Virus record (IMG/VR): IMGVR_UViG_3300017758_000001
DNA length: 20,000 nt
Reading direction: 5' to 3' (one strand)
DNA from: an uncultured virus (IMG/VR IMGVR_UViG_3300017758_000001)
Taxonomy: Duplodnaviria > Heunggongvirae > Uroviricota > Caudoviricetes
Positions 1 to 7,465 of this stretch are shown here, piece by piece (position 1 is the stretch's first letter; the number at the start of each line of letters is the position of its first letter). A program made the position numbers and the translations under genes. The notes below the pieces were generated by a model. It did not search any database. It had not been told where the DNA came from and worked only from the letters and a program-made list of their open reading frames with translations.

Positions 1-429
1 CGGAGGTATGGGTTCGTTAAAATTACTTATTCCAAAGTAGTGTATTTCTCCCTCACCGTATGAGCCCGTTAAACCTGTGTATGTAAAAATATCATTATTT
101 AGAATAATATTTTCATAATTGTATTGTTCGTTACTGAAAAATTCAACAAATTGAGTATATGATACGACGTATGTTAATCCAGAAAAAGTGGAATTTGTGT
201 CATTTGATGTATTATCTATTTCATTTAAAGTAATAGTTTCAATTGTATTTGTCGCATTACCCAAATAATTTGTTATAGAACTATTTATGTTGAATGGTTG
301 TGTGTTATCGAGGGTTTTAGAGTCATAATCACTACTAAATTCGGCAATTGTGTAGTCGTAGGTTTGGGAATTATCCAACTTAATATCCAAACTAAACCCT
401 AAAATTCGTAAAATATCCTGACTATTCAT
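1..429 (-). CDS. Hypothetical protein, N-terminal 143 aa (runs off window start); possibly virion structural
   Basis: Not in ORF track. ATG at 429 (minus) opens a stop-free frame to position 1: MNSQDILRILGFSLDIKLDNSQTYDYTIAEFSSDYDSK...YFGISNFNEPIPP. Thr/Asn/Ser-rich; GATATTTAT motif just upstream. Confidence 0.8.
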   Translation of the reverse strand, partial: MNSQDILRILGFSLDIKLDNSQTYDYTIAEFSSDYDSKTLDNTQPFNINSSITNYLGNATNTIETITLNEIDNTSNDTNSTFSGLTYVVSYTQFVEFFSNEQYNYENIILNNDIFTYTGLTGSYGEGEIHYFGISNFNEPIPP

Positions 430-434
430 ATCTT

Positions 435-467
435 AATAAATATCTTTCATAACATTTGATATTTATA
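435..467. promoter_or_regulatory. Back-to-back GATATTTAT motifs, candidate divergent late promoters
   Basis: GATATTTATT on minus strand (444-435) and GATATTTATA on plus strand (458-467) in the 53-nt gap between divergent ATGs at 429 and 483. Confidence 0.55.
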
Positions 468-482
468 ATTAAACTAGTTTCT

Positions 483-1226
483 ATGAATAATTTTTTAAAA
501 CAGACCATAGAAGAGAAATTTGCGTCCAAAGCGCAACAAAGATTCTTCTATGCAAAAGCGAACGAAGAAGGGACCTCAAAGAAGGAAAAGAAGAAATGGA
601 AGAAGTATGCAGACGAACTTTCCAATGAAACCGACTTTGAAGAATTACCTGATAAAATTTCTCAAGAAGAGGAGGATGTTGATGAAATAGTTGATGCAAA
701 AGGAAACATCAAGCGAGGTGGTAAAGCCACTAATTTTCATTCAAAAGGTATATCATCCAAAAAAACTACAGATCAAACCGTAAAGGCTGTGGGTGGATCC
801 CAAGGAACACATGGTGTTCACGGTACCCATACATCTTTGAGATATTGGGCAGAATCTGATATGAGTGATGCATTAGGGTTTGACGACACTCTTGGAAAAG
901 ATGTGGATTTTGAAACAGCATATAAACATTTCACTAAAAAGATTGGATTGACTCATGACGATGCGATGGCTAGATTAGGTAAAATGGGTTATGATGAAAA
1001 ATTACCTGAGGATAAGGTAAGATTAGTGGAAAATCCAAAAGCGTTCATGAAAGACTATGTTGAAACTGTTTTAACAAAAAAACATAGTAGTAAAGAAATA
1101 GTGAACGATTCAAAAAAAGATTTACACCCAATAATTAAAAGACAAATTAAATCACTAAAAAATACATTAAAGAGTAATAATCTTTCACTTAGTGATATTA
1201 AAGATCATTTAGAATCTGATGAGTAA
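483..1226 (+). CDS. Hypothetical modular phage protein (KFxSKAQQRxFYA module), candidate head-internal protein
   Basis: ORF track starts at 456, but ATG 483 (MNNFLKQTIEEKF) lies downstream of the promoter-like motif and is the likelier start. Alternating basic and acidic segments. Confidence 0.75.
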   Translation: MNNFLKQTIEEKFASKAQQRFFYAKANEEGTSKKEKKKWKKYADELSNETDFEELPDKISQEEEDVDEIVDAKGNIKRGGKATNFHSKGISSKKTTDQTVKAVGGSQGTHGVHGTHTSLRYWAESDMSDALGFDDTLGKDVDFETAYKHFTKKIGLTHDDAMARLGKMGYDEKLPEDKVRLVENPKAFMKDYVETVLTKKHSSKEIVNDSKKDLHPIIKRQIKSLKNTLKSNNLSLSDIKDHLESDE

Positions 1227-1707
1227 TAATAAATTAAAAGGTAGAGTTTTTAAATTACCTGACAATATTTTTGATTATATCCACAAAGTTTTTAATTCTT
1301 TGGAGGATAAATCTGTTGATGGTACACAAAGGGCAAAAAACCTTTTGAGAACACGTAATTTAAGTTACTCACAAATTAAAAGAATTATTCACGATTTAGA
1401 AAATGGTGATATTTCATTAATACAATATAAACTCGCAGGTGGTGACCTAATGTTAAAATGGGCTAGATCGTTTTTAGATGGGGAAAGAACCCAAATAAAA
1501 AATAATAAGTTATCTCGAAAAAGGGCAGACAATATTGCACAGATAGATGACATTAGAAAAAACCCATTTTTATCAAAACACACAAAGAAGACGAATTATT
1601 CTATACCAAGAAATATGATGAAGTCTAATTCAGATAAAACTTCTGTCACACCTATATCATCCTTGGGTGTTTTTGAAGAAGTGAAAAGAATTAAAGATTT
1701 ATTATAA
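1219..1707 (+). CDS. Hypothetical basic protein
   Basis: 162-aa ORF overlapping upstream gene by 8 nt; ends in VFEEVKRIKDLL. Confidence 0.8.
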   Translation: MSNNKLKGRVFKLPDNIFDYIHKVFNSLEDKSVDGTQRAKNLLRTRNLSYSQIKRIIHDLENGDISLIQYKLAGGDLMLKWARSFLDGERTQIKNNKLSRKRADNIAQIDDIRKNPFLSKHTKKTNYSIPRNMMKSNSDKTSVTPISSLGVFEEVKRIKDLL

Positions 1708-2651
1708 TGCCAAGTCAATTAGATAAAATATCCGAACAATTTAGAAAAGATAATCTTACAAGAAATGATTATCAGGGTAATAAAGCGTACGATTCAAATC
1801 ACCCTAATGCAATCTCTAATGGTGACGAGTTAGGTAAAGGTGAGAATAATGGTAAAATTGGTAGTAATACTGATATTACAAATAGAAATGATAGTGTAGG
1901 AAGAAATAAATACGGTCCAAGCAATGGATACGGTATTGAAAATCCAAACGCAATATCAGATGGTGATGAGTTTGGTCGTGGCGAAAATAATGGTCAAATA
2001 GGAACATTTACCGACATTAACCAAAGACAAGAACACGTAAAAAGAAACACTTACAACACTGATGATGGTTATAGTTCTAATCATCCTAATGCAATATCTG
2101 ATGGTGATGAATTAGGTAAGGGAAATAACAATGGAAAAGTGGGTGGTCTAACCGATAATCAAACACGAGTAGATAATGTTACTCGTAATCTATATAATGA
2201 CCAAAATGGTTACAGTTCTAATCATCCTAATGCAATATCTGATGGTGATGAGAAAGGTAAAGGTGAGAGTAATCAAAATATCGGTTCCTTAACAGACATA
2301 AATACGAGGACTGACTTGTTGAATAGAAACCAATATAACACGGACCTTAATGGTTATGACACTAATCACCCTAATGCGATCTCCGATGGTGACGAATTAG
2401 GTAAGGGTGAAAACAATGGTAATATTGGAGGTCTAACCGACATCAATACTCGAACAGATAATAAGAATAGGAATCTATATAATGACCAAAACGGTTATAG
2501 TTTGGTTCATCCAAATGCAATATCTGATGGTGATGAAAAAGGTAGGGCAGAAAATAACAATAGTGTGGGAACGTTAACTGATAATAATGAAAGAACCGCA
2601 CATGTTGCAAGAAACCCATATAATTCAAGTCAAGGATATCCTGATTTCTAA
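1707..2651 (+). CDS. Tandem-repeat protein (6 x ~47 aa, Asn/Gly/Asp-rich)
   Basis: Six copies of RNxY..GY...HPNAISDGDExGKGENNGxIGxxTDxxxR plus a partial seventh; TAATG coupling at both ends. Confidence 0.9.
   Translation: MPSQLDKISEQFRKDNLTRNDYQGNKAYDSNHPNAISNGDELGKGENNGKIGSNTDITNRNDSVGRNKYGPSNGYGIENPNAISDGDEFGRGENNGQIGTFTDINQRQEHVKRNTYNTDDGYSSNHPNAISDGDELGKGNNNGKVGGLTDNQTRVDNVTRNLYNDQNGYSSNHPNAISDGDEKGKGESNQNIGSLTDINTRTDLLNRNQYNTDLNGYDTNHPNAISDGDELGKGENNGNIGGLTDINTRTDNKNRNLYNDQNGYSLVHPNAISDGDEKGRAENNNSVGTLTDNNERTAHVARNPYNSSQGYPDF
1761..2640 (+). repeat. Coding tandem repeat, unit 141 nt (one 144 nt)
   Basis: Pro codon of PNAIS at 1803, 1944, 2085, 2226, 2370 and 2511, giving spacings 141, 141, 141, 144, 141. 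Confidence 0.92.
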
Positions 2652-3367
2652 TGAAATTAATAAAAGACATATATAACTTTTTATTTGAACAGAGTAGAAT
2701 ACCCGCGATTTTAAAATCTAAAAAAAATCGACCTGGTTCACTAGCAAATGCAATCAAACAAAGAAATCCCGTTAGTTTCTTTTACAACGGTCCAAGAAAA
2801 CAAGTACAGGCGGGAAGAAGAGTAAAGGCGGAGATTGTTGCGTTAGGTGTATCTAAAAAAGGTAAAATGATCGTAAGGGCTTGGGTAGAACCACCTTCGA
2901 GATCTAAAACAGGGTTCGGTAAAGGAAATTGGAGAACATTTATAGTGGCAAGAATGAATCAAGTCGAAATATTCGATGACGAAACCTTCAATGTAAAAAG
3001 ACCAGGTTATAAAGAGGGTGACGATGGGTCAATGTTAACCACATATGTAACATCAAATTGGTCATCAATACCTAAAGTTGAACCTAAAGAACCTGAATCA
3101 CAACCAACTCAAACTGATACTGAACCAACAGTCAGTAGGGAACCATCAGTAGAACCAATCGATAGAGATACTGAGGAACCTTCAGTGGAACCTCAAAGTG
3201 ATGAATTACCACAACCTGAACCCGAGAATAGACCAAGTATAGAACCACCAAAAATTGATGACGAAGAAAGTCAAGATGATGAGGAAGATGAAAATGATGA
3301 AGACGACAACAACTATGATGGTTTAAACGAAAATATTGAGAGAATCAAAACATTACTTTATAATTAA
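2651..3367 (+). CDS. Stand-alone WYL-like domain protein with Pro/Glu/Asp-rich tail
   Basis: aa ~31-113 follow the WYL pattern (AIKQRNPVSFFY...RRVKAEIVALG...IVRAW...WRTFIVARMNQVEI). No N-terminal HTH; low-complexity EPSVEP/acidic C-terminal half. Confidence 0.7.
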   Translation: MKLIKDIYNFLFEQSRIPAILKSKKNRPGSLANAIKQRNPVSFFYNGPRKQVQAGRRVKAEIVALGVSKKGKMIVRAWVEPPSRSKTGFGKGNWRTFIVARMNQVEIFDDETFNVKRPGYKEGDDGSMLTTYVTSNWSSIPKVEPKEPESQPTQTDTEPTVSREPSVEPIDRDTEEPSVEPQSDELPQPEPENRPSIEPPKIDDEESQDDEEDENDEDDNNYDGLNENIERIKTLLYN

Positions 3368-3402
3368 AAATAAAATACTTATACTTAATATAAAATTAAA
3401 TT

Positions 3403-4011
3403 ATGTCACAACAGATACCACAACCAGTTCCAAAAGAAGATCTTATGAGAAGATTAGCGAACGCAAAAAAAGTAATGAATAAGGTAGATGGGGGAGATTT
3501 TACTACAGGTAACATCGATCCTACCGCATTACAAGCACAGACAAATAATTTAGTTTCTGAACAACCAAAACAGAATGTTAGAAATGTGGGGTCTAATGTT
3601 GTTAACGAAGATAAAATTAGAAACTCTAAATTGCCCGACTCAATAAAGATGGCAATGATCAACAACCCAATCCCAACTGTAGATAATATATCACTTAGTG
3701 ATAGTTTAGACTTATCGATAGTAGAGGGAGCAAAAAAACTTATGCAACAAGAAGGGGATATTAGTGGTACCAAAAAACAACAAAACACTACTATTGTTGA
3801 ATCACAAAAAAACGTAGTCAATCAAGACATCAAATCACTAATAAAAGAAACGATTAAAGATACGTTAGAAGAGATAGTTGATAGGAAACTAGAACTAATT
3901 TTAACCGCATCAAAGACCGCATCTATAAACGAGAATCTCGTACTTAAAGTCGGTGACTCAATTTTCAAGGGTAAAATCACAGGAGTAAATAAAGCAAAGA
4001 AGAAGGATTGA
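3403..4011 (+). CDS. Hypothetical phage protein
   Basis: 202-aa ORF with AT-rich leader; followed by terminator-like hairpin. Confidence 0.8.
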   Translation: MSQQIPQPVPKEDLMRRLANAKKVMNKVDGGDFTTGNIDPTALQAQTNNLVSEQPKQNVRNVGSNVVNEDKIRNSKLPDSIKMAMINNPIPTVDNISLSDSLDLSIVEGAKKLMQQEGDISGTKKQQNTTIVESQKNVVNQDIKSLIKETIKDTLEEIVDRKLELILTASKTASINENLVLKVGDSIFKGKITGVNKAKKKD

Positions 4012-4028
4012 TTTCGTCCTTTTTTTTT
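4003..4028 (+). terminator. Putative intrinsic terminator
   Basis: AAGGAT-tgatttc-GTCCTT stem (one G-U pair) followed by a T run, overlapping the stop of 3403..4011. Confidence 0.5.
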
Positions 4029-4056
4029 CTTACTATTTGGTATATACAATTAATAT

Positions 4057-5286
4057 ATGTCAAAAGTAAGAGTATTAGCCATACCATCGGACAAACACGG
4101 AGTAGGTAAATTTAGAATCATAGATCCATTTACATTTATTGGTGATAATCATTCATCGGATGTACATGTGGACTTAGTTTTTGATGTTCCTAACAGGGAC
4201 GACTTTTTTGACAACTATGATGTTGTTATATTTCACACACTTATACATCGTTCAAATCACGAAGATAATATCAAAAGACTTAAATGGTTAAAGTCTGTTG
4301 GTAAAACAATTGTTATGGATACCGACGATTATTGGAGAGTCGATCAAAGACACCCAATGTATGAAACCTTCAAATCAAAAAATCTGGCAGGTAAGAGAGT
4401 GGAAATGTTGAGATTGTCAGATTATGTAACATGTACCACAAATTTATATAGAGATAAACTTATATCCCTTTTAAATCATGATAGAGTACATGTGTTCCCA
4501 AATGCAGTAAATGAAGAAGAGAATCAGTTCAAAGTAAAACCTATTAAATCATCTAAAGTAAGGTTTGGTTGGTTAGGTGGTTCCTCACATTTACACGACA
4601 TTGAACTTATGAAGGGAGGAATAAGTCAAATGCACAGACAATATAAAGATAAAGTACAATTTGTATTGTGTGGGTTTGATCTTAGAGGTAACATGAGAGA
4701 AATCAATAAAGTGACGGGTCAAGTAAATGAAAGACCGATAAGACCTGAAGAGACTGTATGGACAAAATACGAGGGTATATTCACTGACGATTATAAAACG
4801 TTAGATATCCCACATGTTGATTATTTAAAAAGGTACTCATCAGAACCTTTTTTAAATGAATTAGATAAACCTTATGTGAGAAGATGGACTTTAGATATAA
4901 ACAAATACGCAACAAACTACAATTATTTTGATGTGTCACTCGCACCTTTAGTTAAAAGTGAATTCAATGGATATAAATCACAACTAAAAGTTATTGAAGC
5001 GGGGTTCCATAAAAAACCTATTATCGCAACTGCAGAAAACCCTTATCTTATAGATTTAATAGATTCTTATGATAGAGGAACCAAAGTAGATAATGGTAAT
5101 TCGTTGTTGGTTCAAACATCTAAGAATCATAAACAATGGTTCCAACAAATGAAGAGATTGGTTGAAAGTCCATCACTTAGAGAAGAGTTAGGTGAAAAAT
5201 TATATGAAACTGTCAAAGACAAATATTCATTAAAAAAAGTATGCCAAGACAGGGTAGAATTTTTAAAAACAATAAACAAAAATTAA
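4057..5286 (+). CDS. Glycosyltransferase, GT-B fold (GT4-like)
   Basis: MDTDDYW, VFPNAV, RFGWLGGSSHLHDI, DVSLAPL..FNGYKSQLKVIEAG..KKPIIA and LREELGEKLYETV motifs typical of phage GT-B enzymes. Confidence 0.85.
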   Translation: MSKVRVLAIPSDKHGVGKFRIIDPFTFIGDNHSSDVHVDLVFDVPNRDDFFDNYDVVIFHTLIHRSNHEDNIKRLKWLKSVGKTIVMDTDDYWRVDQRHPMYETFKSKNLAGKRVEMLRLSDYVTCTTNLYRDKLISLLNHDRVHVFPNAVNEEENQFKVKPIKSSKVRFGWLGGSSHLHDIELMKGGISQMHRQYKDKVQFVLCGFDLRGNMREINKVTGQVNERPIRPEETVWTKYEGIFTDDYKTLDIPHVDYLKRYSSEPFLNELDKPYVRRWTLDINKYATNYNYFDVSLAPLVKSEFNGYKSQLKVIEAGFHKKPIIATAENPYLIDLIDSYDRGTKVDNGNSLLVQTSKNHKQWFQQMKRLVESPSLREELGEKLYETVKDKYSLKKVCQDRVEFLKTINKN

Positions 5287-5296
5287 ATTATAAATT

Positions 5297-5530
5297 ATGT
5301 ATTATTTAGCAACCGTAGGTTACGAAAAAGAACAATTGGATCGAAATGGAAATCCAAGAGTAGACAAAGTCAAATATGTTGTGGAGGCAGAGTCCGTAGA
5401 AGAAGCAACAATAGTTTTATCAAAATATCGTTCAGAGGATATGAGATCAAGTGAAAGTATTTCAATTGCAAAAATGCCAATTGAATGTGTCATAGATTCA
5501 AAAATCACTCCCGAATATTATAAATCATAA
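5297..5530 (+). CDS. DUF4494-like small protein
   Basis: YLATVGYEKE..NG..KYVVEAESVEEA resembles the Bacteroidota DUF4494 pattern as recalled (V.YEK..ENG..K...YLVDA.SFTEAE). Confidence 0.6.
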   Translation: MYYLATVGYEKEQLDRNGNPRVDKVKYVVEAESVEEATIVLSKYRSEDMRSSESISIAKMPIECVIDSKITPEYYKS

Positions 5531-5535
5531 TTATC

Positions 5536-6102
5536 ATGTTAAAAAAAGAACAAATAGAAACCAACAAAAAGAAGTTAATTGAAACTTCTGAGAAGTATAA
5601 TATTTTCACTGAAGACCTTTTAAAATTTTTAGGTGAAGATATTTTTACGTCACCTGCATCAACAAGTTTAGACATGTATGGAGCATATCCTGGTGGATTA
5701 GTAGAACATATGTTTGTTGCATCAAAATATGCTGTCAAAGTTAATAGTATACTACCTGAAAATTTACAACAAGACATCTCAAGTATTTTAACTTGTACGA
5801 TTCTATCACAGATAGGTAAAACCTTCTTATTTAAACCGAACGAAAGTGAATGGCATAGAAATAAGTTGGGTAAAATGTATGAATTTAATGATGAGTTAGT
5901 TTCTATGAAAGTGGGTGAAAGATCCGCTTATTATTGTTCTAAGTATGGGGTTAGTCTAACAGAGGAGGAATACCAAACAATAGTCAACTCTGATAAAGGT
6001 GATGATGATTTACAAGCAAAGTATCACTCAACACCATTAGCACAAATCGTAAAACAAGGTTTTGACTTGGCGATTTTTGAACAAAAGAATTCAAATGGAT
6101 AA
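5536..6102 (+). CDS. HD-domain-like protein (YhaM/Cbf1-type), HD motif degenerate
   Basis: SPAS...GAYPGGLVEH and ILSQIGK (canonical LLHDIGK); GERS..LTEEEYQTI. Confidence 0.7.
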   Translation: MLKKEQIETNKKKLIETSEKYNIFTEDLLKFLGEDIFTSPASTSLDMYGAYPGGLVEHMFVASKYAVKVNSILPENLQQDISSILTCTILSQIGKTFLFKPNESEWHRNKLGKMYEFNDELVSMKVGERSAYYCSKYGVSLTEEEYQTIVNSDKGDDDLQAKYHSTPLAQIVKQGFDLAIFEQKNSNG

Positions 6103-6727
6103 AAAGACATTAGAAGAATACTTACACAAATTAGAAAATTTCGAATCTGTATTAAGTAAAGGTGGTGACGTTGACCAAGACTTTATGAATGAAATTGAGA
6201 GTACTTTACAATCACTTTCAACCGATTCAATTGAAGTCGCAGGTATGACACAAAACAATACTCCACCACCTCAAAATAATGTGGAGGTTGATTTTAGTAT
6301 CCAATGTAAGATTAAAAAGTTAGATAAAAGCGCAATCATACCAACTTACAGTAAAGAAGGTGATGGGTGTGTGGATTTATACTCTATTGGTCACACGTTT
6401 GATGATACCACAAACCAAATAACTTATAAAACTGGTATTGCAATTGAAATACCAAAAACACACGTGGGGTTGGTTTTCCCAAGATCATCTATTAGAAGAA
6501 CTAAATTAACTTTAAGTAACTCTGTTGGTGTTATAGATAGTGGTTATAGGGGTGAAATTATAGCAACCTTTAATTACTCTAATTCAACAAGTAATGAAAT
6601 ATATGAAACAGGTCAGAGAATATGTCAATTAATGATTATTCCTAACCCTAAAATAAAATTCATCGAAGTTGATGAATTATCAGAAACCGATAGAGGAACA
6701 GGTGGTTTCGGTTCTACAGGAAAGTAA
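6095..6727 (+). CDS. dut: Trimeric-type dUTPase with N-terminal extension
   Basis: All five motifs present: GCVDL, PRSS, GVIDSGYRGEI, RICQL, RGTGGFGSTG. ATG at 6095 preferred to TTG at 6062. Confidence 0.95.
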   Translation: MDKKTLEEYLHKLENFESVLSKGGDVDQDFMNEIESTLQSLSTDSIEVAGMTQNNTPPPQNNVEVDFSIQCKIKKLDKSAIIPTYSKEGDGCVDLYSIGHTFDDTTNQITYKTGIAIEIPKTHVGLVFPRSSIRRTKLTLSNSVGVIDSGYRGEIIATFNYSNSTSNEIYETGQRICQLMIIPNPKIKFIEVDELSETDRGTGGFGSTGK

Positions 6728-6730
6728 CAA

Positions 6731-7423
6731 ATGGCTAAAAGAGAAGTAAAAAGATTGACAAGAAAACAAAGAATCAAATCAATCTTCAAAAGACCGAGAG
6801 AAAAGTTTTTAACTCAATCCCAAAAAGATTATTGGGAGACTCTCGATACAAACGAAATAACATTGTGTTTTGGACCTGCGGGTGTAGGTAAATCTTATAT
6901 CGCAATGAAAAAGGCAATAGACCTTTTATGGGAAGAAGACAACAAGTATGAAAAAATAATAATAGTTAGACCCGCGGTAGAGGCTGAAGAAAAGTTAGGT
7001 TCACTACCAGGTGGTTTAGAAGAGAAATTAGATCCATATATTTTTCCATCATATTATCTATTAAATAAAATTATAGGTAAGGATTGTAGAGAAAAATTAA
7101 AGGAGGAAGGTTTCATTGAAGTTGCAGCACTTGCGTATATGAGAGGTTGGAACGTTGATAACACAATTTTAGTTTTTGAGGAAGCTCAAAACGCAACTCC
7201 CGCACAAATCAAACTATTACTTACACGTATAGGTTTTAATTCTAAATTTTTTATCTCGGGTGATCTTGAACAATCTGATAAATTCAAAGATATTACGAGA
7301 AGTGGATTATATGATGCTAAAGTTAGATTAGGTGGATTAAAACACATAGGTATCCATGAGTTTGGTACTGAAGACATCGTTAGAAACCCCCTGATCAGTA
7401 AGATTCTTAAAAGATACGAGTAA
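6731..7423 (+). CDS. phoH: PhoH-like ATPase
   Basis: GPAGVGKS Walker A, RPAVEAEEKLGSLPG, AYMRG, EEAQN, LLTRIG, GDLEQSD, DIVRNPL. Confidence 0.95.
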   Translation: MAKREVKRLTRKQRIKSIFKRPREKFLTQSQKDYWETLDTNEITLCFGPAGVGKSYIAMKKAIDLLWEEDNKYEKIIIVRPAVEAEEKLGSLPGGLEEKLDPYIFPSYYLLNKIIGKDCREKLKEEGFIEVAALAYMRGWNVDNTILVFEEAQNATPAQIKLLLTRIGFNSKFFISGDLEQSDKFKDITRSGLYDAKVRLGGLKHIGIHEFGTEDIVRNPLISKILKRYE

Positions 7424-7430
7424 TTAAGGA

Positions 7431-7459
7431 TTTACTTATAACATTTTTTTTATTATAAT
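7431..7459 (+). promoter_or_regulatory. Putative promoter (TTTACT-N17-TATAAT; overlaps a TACTTATA variant of the late-type motif)
   Basis: TTTACT at 7431-7436 and TATAAT at 7454-7459 with 17-nt spacing; ATG at 7466. The AT-rich background lowers significance. Confidence 0.4.
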
Positions 7460-7465
7460 TAATTT

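Noticed and set aside
456..482. ORF-track start at 456 (TTG)
   Set aside because: Overlaps the promoter-like motif; ATG at 483 is more plausible.
1761..2640. Regularly spaced DNA repeats as a possible CRISPR array
   Set aside because: Period is 141 nt and in frame, variation is mostly synonymous, and the intervening segments are homologous to each other; this is a protein repeat.
3080..3310. EPSVEP and acidic low-complexity repeats as a separate DNA element
   Set aside because: Explained by a disordered protein tail; only short imperfect copies.
6062..6094. ORF-track TTG start for dUTPase
   Set aside because: Gives a 41-nt overlap with the upstream gene; ATG 6095 gives a typical 8-nt overlap.
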